DNA of 13,473 nt from assembly GCA_003558085.1 (NCBI GenBank), contig PWMT01000094.1, forward strand, positions 1-13,473. The letters are read 5' to 3'. The DNA is from Methanobacteriaceae archaeon (GTDB lineage: Archaea; Methanobacteriota; Methanobacteria; Methanobacteriales; Methanobacteriaceae). Below the pieces are notes generated by a model. It did no database searches. It was not told the origin of the DNA and was given only the letters and a program-made list of their open reading frames with translations. Of this stretch, positions 1 through 8,374 are shown piece by piece; position 1 is the stretch's first letter, and every line of letters begins with the position of its first letter. Made by a program: the position numbers and the translations under genes.

Positions 1-30
1 GTTATGGCTTTTTTCATCTATTTCTTATAA
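1..30 (+). CDS. Possible 3' end of an upstream membrane-protein gene (…VMAFFIYFL*), truncated by the window edge
   Basis: Frame +1 reads VMAFFIYFL then TAA at 28-30. It is hydrophobic and convergent with the ABC operon. Only 10 codons are visible, and a minus-strand start MKKAIT at 17 is an alternative reading. Confidence 0.3.
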   Translation, partial: VMAFFIYFL

Positions 31-97
31 TGGACTTCATCCTTTAAAAGTATTAATATCCTATTAATAGGCCATAATATCAATTTATTGACTACTT

Positions 98-1234
98 TTA
101 AAGTCGAATTGCGGATTCTTCTCTAAAAAAACGTATAGCAAAGACGAAGATTGCTATAGAAATTAGGATAGTGGGAATAATTTCCAGCAACCAGTAAGGA
201 TTGAAACCAGGGCTAGAAGTTATTCTAATCATGATCATAGTAGGAATAATGTTTAAAATACTTGAAAAAGCTGGAATATCAATAAAAAGAGGTAAGAATA
301 ATATAAATGTGGCAAAGAATAATAAAAGTGTAATAGCTGAATTAGCTTCTTTGGTGGATTCTACGACCATGGAAATTATAACCCCCATTCCAACGAATCC
401 TAAACCCACGAAAAACAAAATAAACATTATAAGTATGGGATTATATATGGGAACTCTTAAGAGATATAAGAGCACAATCCAGGCAGCGCTTTGTAGTAGA
501 GAAAATAATAATATAGGTAAAATTTTTCCAGCAAGCAGCATAGGACCAGATAAGGGTGTCATTAGAAGTACTTCAAAGGTTTTTCTTTCTTTTTCACCTA
601 CTATACTATCAGTTACTATGTTGCTGGCCAGAAAAAAAGGTAAAAAAAGGATAAAAGGTACTATAAATCCATACATAATCTCCACGAAATATGCACTTTC
701 CAGCGCCAGGGGAGTGGAAGATTCATTGTTTACTGCTATTTCTTTTAACTCGATAGGATTTTTTATAACTTTTATTTGTTCCAGGCTTAATTCCTGAGAA
801 GAAAGTTGCTCTTCTAACTGATAATTGCTCAATGCCTCATTTATTTTATTGCTGGCCACTGGATAAAAAAGGTCATTATTATCTATTTGCAGTCCAATAT
901 TTCCAGTATCGCTAGAAATATAAATCATGGCTATAATTTCATTTCCTACTTGTTTTAAACCATCTTCTACACTAGGAAAATATAAAATGACCAGATTTTC
1001 ATTTTCCAGGCTCTGTTCTAAAATTGTACCTTGCAGTTCTAGAGGTAGACCCACTTTAAAGCTAGAAGCCACTCCCCATTGATCTAAAAGATTAGGATCA
1101 GTAATGACTGTACTGGTGATTGCTAAACCATATGCTCCTAAAATAATAAAAATTTGAACTAAAATTACTAAAAGATAAATTCTGTTGGAGAGAATATCTT
1201 TGGCTTCTTTTTGAGCTAGAGAAATAAATTTCAT
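98..1234 (-). CDS. ABC-2 type (NatB-like) exporter permease
   Basis: N-terminal 'LAQKEAKDILSNR' followed by a TM helix, a large soluble loop, about 5 C-terminal TM helices and the motif 'SIVGEKERKTFEVLL.TP'. Start placed at ATG 1234 because GTGGGG precedes it as an RBS. The ORF track starts at GTG 1243. Confidence 0.88.
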   Translation of the reverse strand: MKFISLAQKEAKDILSNRIYLLVILVQIFIILGAYGLAITSTVITDPNLLDQWGVASSFKVGLPLELQGTILEQSLENENLVILYFPSVEDGLKQVGNEIIAMIYISSDTGNIGLQIDNNDLFYPVASNKINEALSNYQLEEQLSSQELSLEQIKVIKNPIELKEIAVNNESSTPLALESAYFVEIMYGFIVPFILFLPFFLASNIVTDSIVGEKERKTFEVLLMTPLSGPMLLAGKILPILLFSLLQSAAWIVLLYLLRVPIYNPILIMFILFFVGLGFVGMGVIISMVVESTKEANSAITLLLFFATFILFLPLFIDIPAFSSILNIIPTMIMIRITSSPGFNPYWLLEIIPTILISIAIFVFAIRFFREESAIRL

Positions 1235-1272
1235 GATCCCCACTATCCATATCTTTAATTAAAGAAGTCTTT

Positions 1273-2493
1273 TTATTTATATAACTTATATTTATGATTA
1301 AAAAAATCTAAAATCTTATTTAAACCTATAAAATCTAATAATAATCTAATTATTCCTGGTCTAGGTCCAAATAAGATATCATCTCGTTTAAATAACCATA
1401 TAGAACTGTAATAAAATATTATGCTTAAAAAAATAATAGAGGCGAATGGTAATATTATATCTCCCCTGGAAAGGGGATCTTGAGAGACTATCTTAATCAC
1501 CAGAGTCATGCTAGATAAACTGAGTATCTCTACTGGTTGGGAGATATAAGCCAGAGCAGGTACAATTAAAAAAGTTATGATAGCTATATAGGCAAAGGTG
1601 ATTCCAATCCCCGCTTCTTTATAATTTTTAGCAAAAGACGCAACTATTCCAGTAACCCCTACCATGGGTATAGCAGTACTAACTACAATCAAATAAACCA
1701 CTAAAGGATTTTCCAGAGAAAAACCAGCCAAAATCATTAAAGCCATCCATAATGCTAACTGGAAGGCCATGGTTATGATCACCGCCATGCTTTTACCTAA
1801 AATAATGTTACCTCTAGATAAGGGCATTGCGATTAACATTTCACCTGTCTTACGCTCTTTTTCTCCTACTATAGTGTCTACTATTAAATTACCAAATAAG
1901 AATAGAGGTAAAAAGGTTAAAATAGCAGTCATTAACTTACGGATGATTTGCAAACTAATATCTTCACCTTGAACTTCTTCCTCAATCTGGGGGGTGCTTA
2001 TTTCATCTTTAGGAAATAAATCATTTATCCAGATTTGAGAAATTAAAGAAGAAGATTTATCTTGAGCTAGAATAACTTCTTCTCGGATCACATTTCTTTT
2101 AGGATCTTGATAATCCAGATATAATTGCATGGGAATAGGCTCTATTACTTCTGCTTGGAAAATTTCATCAGTTGATAAAAAAACCTTGCCTGTAAATTCC
2201 CCATTTTGCAATCCTTTAAATTCAACTTCACTATCTAACGGAATTAATTCTAGAATTTGGGGATTAAGTTGCGGTGTTAATATATTTTGAGGGTCATAGA
2301 CACCTAAAGATGCGAATTGATCTAGAGAAGGGGAAAGGGCAATTTCTTGTTCTGATTCTAAACCTGCTAGGAAATTATTAAAAAATAGGATCATCATCAA
2401 TAGCACTACTAATTGGAAAAAGAAAATAAAAAGGAATTTTTTACTATTTAAGGTATTTTTTAATTCCCATTTGGTTATTGTCCAAGATCCCAT
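1273..2493 (-). CDS. ABC-2 type (NatB-like) exporter permease, paralogue of the downstream permease
   Basis: 'ITKWELKNTL' followed by a TM helix, a large loop, the motif 'TIVGEKERKTGEMLIAMP' and several C-terminal TM segments. Confidence 0.88.
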   Translation of the reverse strand: MGSWTITKWELKNTLNSKKFLFIFFFQLVVLLMMILFFNNFLAGLESEQEIALSPSLDQFASLGVYDPQNILTPQLNPQILELIPLDSEVEFKGLQNGEFTGKVFLSTDEIFQAEVIEPIPMQLYLDYQDPKRNVIREEVILAQDKSSSLISQIWINDLFPKDEISTPQIEEEVQGEDISLQIIRKLMTAILTFLPLFLFGNLIVDTIVGEKERKTGEMLIAMPLSRGNIILGKSMAVIITMAFQLALWMALMILAGFSLENPLVVYLIVVSTAIPMVGVTGIVASFAKNYKEAGIGITFAYIAIITFLIVPALAYISQPVEILSLSSMTLVIKIVSQDPLSRGDIILPFASIIFLSIIFYYSSIWLFKRDDILFGPRPGIIRLLLDFIGLNKILDFFNHKYKLYK

Positions 2494-2519
2494 AGTTAAA
2501 ACCTATCTAGATACTTTAA

Positions 2520-3434
2520 TTAATTTTCTTGAATATCGGACACATTTTGTATGAAAACATCTTCTAAAGTAGGTTCTTCAGTATTAACAGATTTTATATT
2601 AGTTCCGATCAATTTTAATATAAATGGTATGTCTTTTTTACTTTGAAGCGCCAAGATTAGACTATTATCCTTCCAGCTCATATTTTTAATTTCAGGTCTA
2701 TTAAGAAAATTAGTTAAATTTAAACGTGATTTGTCATTTAAAATCACCTTTAATATTACATCGCCCTCTATTTTAGATTTTAATTCTTTAGGTGTACCCA
2801 AATCTAGTATACGGCCATTATTTAGAATGGCTACTCGATCACATAAAGCATCTGCTTCATCCATGTAATGAGTACAAAGAATAATGGTTTTATCACCTTT
2901 AAGGCTTTTAATAAAATCACGAATCACTAGTGAAGTAGCAGGATCTAAACCCATAGTGGGTTCATCAAAGATGATGATTTCCGGGTCATGAATCAAAGCA
3001 CGGGCAATTCCTATTCTCTGCCTTAAACCCTTGGAGAAGGTGTTGATCTGATGACGTGCTCTGGATTTCATGTCAACTAGTTCCAGTAATTCTTCTATTC
3101 TATCATCCAGATAATCAGAAGGAACACCATACAATTCTCCAAAGTACTTCAAAAGATCATAAGCAGTGAAACGTTCATAGAGATTAGGCTCTTCAGGTAA
3201 ATATCCAATCATTCCTTTTATTTCCAGAGGATTTTTTAGTACATCATAACCTCCCACCTTCACTTCTCCTTGATCGGGTTTCAAAATACAGGAAATTATT
3301 CTTATGGCGGTGGTTTTACCTGCACCATTAGGCCCAATTAATCCTAAAAGTTCTCCTCTTTCAATATCTAAGTTCAGATTATCTAAGGCACGCATTTTAC
3401 CAAAGCATTTAGTTAAAGAGCTTATGTTTATCAT
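2520..3434 (-). CDS. ABC transporter ATP-binding protein (NatA/DrrA-like)
   Basis: Walker A GPNGAGKT, signature FSKGLRQR, Walker B IIFDEPT, H-loop THYM, C-terminal 'EPTLEDVFI'. Confidence 0.95.
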   Translation of the reverse strand: MINISSLTKCFGKMRALDNLNLDIERGELLGLIGPNGAGKTTAIRIISCILKPDQGEVKVGGYDVLKNPLEIKGMIGYLPEEPNLYERFTAYDLLKYFGELYGVPSDYLDDRIEELLELVDMKSRARHQINTFSKGLRQRIGIARALIHDPEIIIFDEPTMGLDPATSLVIRDFIKSLKGDKTIILCTHYMDEADALCDRVAILNNGRILDLGTPKELKSKIEGDVILKVILNDKSRLNLTNFLNRPEIKNMSWKDNSLILALQSKKDIPFILKLIGTNIKSVNTEEPTLEDVFIQNVSDIQEN

Positions 3435-3750
3435 CCATATATGATATGGCTTTATACGATATTAAATTTATCCTAACTTAAAGCCTTAAATATTCTAAAT
3501 TAGATGAACCCTTTTTAATTTCTGACAAAACTCAAATTATGAATCAAAAATAAGGTAAATCTTTTGACTTAAAAAATCTACTAAGAGGTTCATATAAATT
3601 ATTTTCCATTTTAATATCTTAAAATAATAGTTAACCTCATCTAATTAGCAAGTTAAGATTAAATATCCCGAGTCCCTATAAGCATATTATTATAGTAATT
3701 ACTAGAAAAATTATTCTATACAAATTTGCCAGAGAATTGGAAGTTATTAA

Positions 3751-4968
3751 ATGTTTTTATCAGAATTATTACCACTTGCAAAGGCTTTAGAAATAATTAA
3801 TCAGTTAAAATTCAGCCTAAAAACAGAGAAAATTGAGCTAGAATCTGCTTATCAGAGAGTGTTAGCCGAAGATATTGAAGCTCTAATAAATTCTCCTTCA
3901 TTTGATAGATCTGCCATGGATGGTTACGCAATAAAAGCAGAAGATAGTTTTGGAGTCTCACCAGAAACTCCAGCTCATTTAAATATAATTGATCGTATCG
4001 GTGCTGGACAAAAATCAAAGCTAAAACTCAAAAAAGGAGAAGCAATTAAGATTGCCACCGGTGCACCACTACCTACTGGAGCAAACGGGGTGGTAATGGA
4101 AGAATATACTTATGAACAGGAAGATCATTTGGAAGTTTTATCCAGTATTACACCTGGCGAAAACGTTTCGAGAATAGGTGAAGATTTTAAAGTGGGTGAT
4201 TTACTTTTAAGCAAACTTCAACAACTAAGACCACAAGATGTGGGTATAATTTCCTCTGCTGGTCACAGTCAAATAAAGGTATTTAAAAAGCCCTACATAG
4301 GAGTTATTACTACAGGAAACGAATTAGTAAAATTTAAACACGAAATTAAGGGTAGTCAAGTAATAAATTCCAATTATTTAACTTTAAAATCTTTAATAGA
4401 AAGCACCAATGCCATCCCTGTATTAAAACATTGCCCGGATGATATAGAACAAGTAAAAAAAGAGATAAATAATTTCTTAAAAGATTGTGACGCAGTTATT
4501 ACTACCGGGGGAACCGCTATCAGTAAAGGTGATGTGGTAGTAGATGCAGTAGAAGAACTTGGTGAAATTTTATTTCACGGAGTTAGTATTCGACCTGGAA
4601 AACCAATTGCCTGTGGCTTAATAAATCAAAAACCAGTATTCATGTTATCTGGTTTTCCAGTGGCAGCTATGGTTCAATTTGATGTTTTAGTAAGGTCTTA
4701 TCTACTAAAAATGCAACAGTTGGAATACTCTCCAAAAATAGTTAAAAGAATCGCTAGTAAAAAAATACCTTCCCAATTAGGCCGTACCGATTATATTAGA
4801 GCATTAACTGGTGATAAAGAAGTAAAACCCATATTAAGTAAAGGATCTGGCGTTATACGTTCTATGGTTCAATCTAATTCTTATATAATAATTGAAGAGG
4901 ATGTTGAAGGAATTGCTGCTGGGGAAGAATGTGATGTTCTTCTTTTTGATTCTTTTATCAGTTATTAG
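3751..4968 (+). CDS. moeA: Molybdopterin molybdenumtransferase MoeA (Mo/W cofactor biosynthesis)
   Basis: Motifs FDRSAMDGYA, IATGAPLP, ITTGNEL, TTGGT, IRPGKP and LSGFPV in a 405-aa protein. Confidence 0.95.
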   Translation: MFLSELLPLAKALEIINQLKFSLKTEKIELESAYQRVLAEDIEALINSPSFDRSAMDGYAIKAEDSFGVSPETPAHLNIIDRIGAGQKSKLKLKKGEAIKIATGAPLPTGANGVVMEEYTYEQEDHLEVLSSITPGENVSRIGEDFKVGDLLLSKLQQLRPQDVGIISSAGHSQIKVFKKPYIGVITTGNELVKFKHEIKGSQVINSNYLTLKSLIESTNAIPVLKHCPDDIEQVKKEINNFLKDCDAVITTGGTAISKGDVVVDAVEELGEILFHGVSIRPGKPIACGLINQKPVFMLSGFPVAAMVQFDVLVRSYLLKMQQLEYSPKIVKRIASKKIPSQLGRTDYIRALTGDKEVKPILSKGSGVIRSMVQSNSYIIIEEDVEGIAAGEECDVLLFDSFISY

Positions 4969-5127
4969 TACTTAGTTTTATTACTATCTCAATAGCTTCT
5001 AATTGTCCTATGTTGCAAATGCTTTTATAACGGGGGAGACTATAATTTACAATACTAATAAAAATATTGCATATTAATTTCTCATAAAAATTTTTTTATT
5101 AAAATTTTAAGATTATTTGGTGATATA

Positions 5128-6285
5128 ATGAATGTTTTATGGTTCTATGTTATAGCCTTTGTAGTCTTATGGACTTTGGCTTTACTTTTTAGAAATAAAC
5201 TAAAAATTGAGATTCATGGACCACTTCTAATGAGAAGAACTCAAAGAATGAGAGACTTTATTGATAGAATCGGTCAAAAATATAGGCGTATCTGGAGATG
5301 GATGCTTAATTTAGGAATACCGGTAGCCTTCTTTTTCATGTTCACTACCTTAGTGTTACTCATCTTATCCCTGGAGACTATTTTCGAAGCACCGCAAGCT
5401 TCGATTATTATCCCTGGAGTGGATATACCCGGATCTCCATTGTTTGTGCCCTTAGGATATGGGATTTTAGCATTGGCCACGGTAATCATAGTGCATGAGT
5501 TTGGTCATGGTATCCTTGCCCGGGTAGAAGGTGTAAGTATAAAATCTATCGGAGTACTTTTATTGGCTATCTTGCCTGGTGCTTTTGTGGAACCAGATGA
5601 AGATGAAATTAAAAAAACAAAGCGAACTTCTCGTTTAAGGATTTATGCTGCAGGATCAGTATTTAATTTAACTTTAGCTCTTGTAGCTCTATTACTGGTA
5701 ACCGGGATATCATCTTACGCCATTCCATCAAATTTTCAAGAAGAAGGAGTTTTAATTACAGGAGTAGTTCCTGGAAGTCCGGCTGAAGGAGTTTTACAAG
5801 AAGGAATGGTAGTAAAAAGTATTAATGGTTTCAGTACCACTAATTTCACTAATTATCAGGAAACTTTAGAAAAGCTGGAAATAGGTCAAGAAGCGGAATT
5901 CGTAACCAATGAAGGTATTTATCAATTAACTTTGGATGAAAATCCTAACATAGAAGATCAAGCTTATATCGGCATCCGTAGCACTCAAAATCTGGAAGTA
6001 AGAGAGGAAGTATCCTCCACTTTTGGAGAAAGCTTACCTTGGATTTGGTGGTATTTAAGAGACATTTTCTTTTGGATTTATGCTTTAAACTTTTTGGTAG
6101 GAATTTTTAATTTACTCCCTGCCAAGCCATTAGATGGAGGATTGATGCTAGAAGAACTTTTAGGATATAAACTTTCCGATAAGCTGGTTAAACCTATAAT
6201 GTCCAGCCTATCCATATTTCTATTTCTGATCATTGCTATAAGCATAATATATGGAACAGGGAGAGGACTCTTGATGATGTTTTAA
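5128..6285 (+). CDS. Site-2 (M50 family) intramembrane zinc metalloprotease with PDZ domain
   Basis: HEFGH zinc motif in a TM segment, GAFVEP, YAAG, a PDZ-like stretch (VVPGSPAEG..INGF) and NLLPAKPLDGG. RBS GGTGA at 5119-5123. Confidence 0.95.
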   Translation: MNVLWFYVIAFVVLWTLALLFRNKLKIEIHGPLLMRRTQRMRDFIDRIGQKYRRIWRWMLNLGIPVAFFFMFTTLVLLILSLETIFEAPQASIIIPGVDIPGSPLFVPLGYGILALATVIIVHEFGHGILARVEGVSIKSIGVLLLAILPGAFVEPDEDEIKKTKRTSRLRIYAAGSVFNLTLALVALLLVTGISSYAIPSNFQEEGVLITGVVPGSPAEGVLQEGMVVKSINGFSTTNFTNYQETLEKLEIGQEAEFVTNEGIYQLTLDENPNIEDQAYIGIRSTQNLEVREEVSSTFGESLPWIWWYLRDIFFWIYALNFLVGIFNLLPAKPLDGGLMLEELLGYKLSDKLVKPIMSSLSIFLFLIIAISIIYGTGRGLLMMF

Positions 6286-6305
6286 ACATCATCCAAACTT
6301 TTTTT
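6273..6305 (+). terminator. Hairpin plus T-tract at the 3' end of the M50 gene
   Basis: GATGATGTTT-T-AAACATCATC is a perfect 10-1-10 inverted repeat (6273-6293) over the TAA stop, followed by T7 at 6299-6305. It lies between convergent genes. Confidence 0.55.
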
Positions 6306-6318
6306 ATAGAATTAAAAT

Positions 6319-6504
6319 TTAATATCTTGCCTTAGTTTTACAGGAAAAACATATATTTTCGGGATGATTGGTTTTATATATCTTCAAACAAACTGGACAT
6401 TGTACTACACGCATTTCATCTTTTGAAATTGGTACTGCGCGGTCTTGGCACTGACATCTAATCCCTACCATTTTTTTCGATTTTTTCCTAACCTTAGGCT
6501 TCAT
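6319..6504 (-). CDS. Small basic Cys-rich (putative zinc-binding) protein, 61 aa
   Basis: Strong RBS AGGAG (6514-6510) 5 nt before the ATG. Motifs CQC, CPVC and CFSC. It occupies otherwise non-coding space. Confidence 0.75.
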   Translation of the reverse strand: MKPKVRKKSKKMVGIRCQCQDRAVPISKDEMRVVQCPVCLKIYKTNHPENICFSCKTKARY

Positions 6505-6620
6505 ATTAACTCCTAAATTTACTATTATTTTTTGGTTTTACAAATTAATCATTTTAACCTATAATTACAGAAAACTCATATTATCTTCTTATTGATTATT
6601 AGTCTAAAGTTATTTTTAGT

Positions 6621-6682
6621 TCTTTTATATTTTTAAGCTTATAAAAGTTAAAAAAGTTTTAAGCGTCTTTTATATTTTTAAG
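6621..6682. repeat. Exact 17-bp direct repeat TCTTTTATATTTTTAAG (6621-6637 and 6666-6682)
   Basis: Two identical copies 45 bp apart. One lies in the last codons of the DUF166 gene and the other downstream of its stop. Confidence 0.8.
6645..6658 (-). terminator. Archaeal oligo-T terminator after the DUF166 gene
   Basis: The minus strand reads TAA-AACTTTTTTAACTTTT directly after the stop codon. Confidence 0.45.
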
Positions 6683-7321
6683 AGCCTTTTCAAATGCTTC
6701 TTTATGCAAATTTGCAGCTAAATCCTTTTTGCATTCCCCATCACTAAATAAGCGTATCTTAGGGGCTCTGCAAGGATAATGCTGAACTTTAAGTCCGGCT
6801 CGGATGGGGAGGTTTTCAATGGATGTTCCCTTAATTTCTTCTGCTACAAATGAGGTGGCACCACAAGGCGATGATCTTTTAACTTCTATATCTACGATCT
6901 TATTTTCCTGGCACTTTAATCTTATTTTTGGCCGGCCAAATTTAGATACAAACTCATCAAATATTGGATTTCCATTTTTCTCCAGGTCGCACATATTTTC
7001 TGGTGCTGTAACATTTCCAAATTTTATCAGCTGTTTTTTAAAACCTTCACCTCTCCATGCTCCAATAATTATCCATTCTACTTTCTCATGAACCTGTTCC
7101 ACTAATGCTTGGGTTAAATCAGGATGTAAAATATAGGTAATAAGCAAGTCAAACTTAGAAATATTATCCAATACCTGAGAATTAATTTTTATTTCATCTA
7201 TAAAAATTCCCTTAGGAGCTTCCAGTTTAATAAAACTAGTCTTAAATTCTTGTGAAATAGTTTCATAGGCTCTTTCGCCATAGAAACCATCACTAATTAT
7301 AGCAATTTTAACAAAAAACAC
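6659..7321 (-). CDS. DUF166 family protein
   Basis: Recognised by recall from 'DGFYGERA', 'FIDE', 'LHPDLT', 'PENMCDL', 'FGRPK', '[14 protein letters not shown]' and 'QHYPCRA'. The start codon is uncertain. Confidence 0.78.
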   Translation of the reverse strand: MFFVKIAIISDGFYGERAYETISQEFKTSFIKLEAPKGIFIDEIKINSQVLDNISKFDLLITYILHPDLTQALVEQVHEKVEWIIIGAWRGEGFKKQLIKFGNVTAPENMCDLEKNGNPIFDEFVSKFGRPKIRLKCQENKIVDIEVKRSSPCGATSFVAEEIKGTSIENLPIRAGLKVQHYPCRAPKIRLFSDGECKKDLAANLHKEAFEKALKNIKDA

Positions 7322-7323
7322 CT

Positions 7324-7752
7324 CTAATCCAATCTCAATTCCTGTTCAATCCACTGATATATTTCATCCCTTACTTTCCGGAAAAATTCCAGTTTAAGAC
7401 TTTCTTCATCTTTAAAGGTTCCTGGATCCTTAAAGTTACGATGTATATATTTTTCTCCGGTTAAAAATAGAGGACAAGCTTCATCTTTATCATCACATAA
7501 AGTTATCACTACATCAAATTTCTGGCCTTGGAATTTTTGCAAATCTTTAGATTTTTGTGTGGAGGCATCAATACCGATTTCCTTTAAAATTTTGAAAGTC
7601 AAGGGATTAATAGGGCGAGGATCAGTTCCTGCACTATGAACTTCATATTTATTTTTAAAAAGATGTCTGAATATAGCTTCCGCCATTTGGGACCTACCGG
7701 AATTATTTCTGCAAATAAAAATAACCCTTTTTTTTGAGTCTTTATTTGTCAT
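7324..7752 (-). CDS. arsC: Arsenate reductase ArsC, LMW-PTP fold, thioredoxin-coupled type
   Basis: P-loop CRNNSGR followed by SQMAEA, SAGT, the distal redox pair C-X6-C ([11 protein letters not shown]) and the DP motif (FKDP). Confidence 0.88.
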   Translation of the reverse strand: MTNKDSKKRVIFICRNNSGRSQMAEAIFRHLFKNKYEVHSAGTDPRPINPLTFKILKEIGIDASTQKSKDLQKFQGQKFDVVITLCDDKDEACPLFLTGEKYIHRNFKDPGTFKDEESLKLEFFRKVRDEIYQWIEQELRLD

Positions 7753-7767
7753 TTGACTACTTATTAA

Positions 7768-8148
7768 TTATTTTTCCTGAATCAAATCATTTATTTCTTT
7801 TTTAATCTCTAAAACACATTTTTCACCAGATTTACCTAATCTTGATACATCACCTGGTTCTAATTCTTTTTGCATTAAGGGTTCCATTACATTCATACTG
7901 CCAGAGACTTTTACTCCTTTATTTTTCATTATGTGATCCACACAGGCATGTTCGCACCCGTTTATGGCGATTAGGGGATACTTTTTAATCAAATCTATAA
8001 AATTTTCTCGATCTGCTGAGGTGGCTGTGATGCATATGGAAATTTTATCTGAAGATTCTTCCACTAAATCAGAACTAGCTGCACGTGCTATTAATCCATA
8101 AGGGCCCATACCATTACAGGGACACAAGGCAATTTTTTCTTCTTTCAT
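7768..8148 (-). CDS. DGC-domain putative zinc-binding protein
   Basis: Cys pattern CPCNG … ICI … IAINGC.HAC, a variant of the family's DGC motif. RBS AGGAG at 8161-8157. Confidence 0.8.
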   Translation of the reverse strand: MKEEKIALCPCNGMGPYGLIARAASSDLVEESSDKISICITATSADRENFIDLIKKYPLIAINGCEHACVDHIMKNKGVKVSGSMNVMEPLMQKELEPGDVSRLGKSGEKCVLEIKKEINDLIQEK

Positions 8149-8374
8149 TAATTTATCTCCTTTACAGTATTTTTTTAAGATCTATTAAATTCGGTTTTCT
8201 TCTTATGACTAATAATTCCATATATCTAAATATGTGAATTTATTATTTAAATTTTTCTTTAGCCTTAAATTCTATCCTATTTTTAAATTCTGCCAATATT
8301 TTTTTATCCAAATATTAACCCAGGAGGATAAATATAATATATAATATTAATTTTTTAAGAGGTGGAGTAAATCA

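Noticed and set aside
1..17. Minus-strand start MKKAIT…
   Set aside because: No RBS, only 5 full codons visible, and a plus-strand gene end explains the bases at least as well.
201..797. 198-aa + strand ORF
   Set aside because: Antisense shadow of the hydrophobic ABC permease with no motifs.
1769..1972. 67-aa + strand ORF
   Set aside because: Antisense to the second permease.
1251..2523. Shared CTTTAATTAA in the two ABC intergenic spacers (1253-1262 and 2514-2523)
   Set aside because: Short, nearly all AT, and one copy includes a stop codon, so it is expected by chance.
3498..3646. Long-range inverted matches (AATTAGATGA/TCATCTAATT and ATGAACC/GGTTCAT) suggesting a MITE or ncRNA
   Set aside because: Arms are 10 bp or shorter, both pairings compete for the same left arm, and there is no target-site duplication or GC-rich stem.
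3812..4018. 68-aa - strand ORF
   Set aside because: Antisense to moeA.
5274..5489. 71-aa - strand ORF
   Set aside because: Antisense to the M50 protease.
6804..7091. 95-aa + strand ORF
   Set aside because: Antisense to the DUF166 gene.
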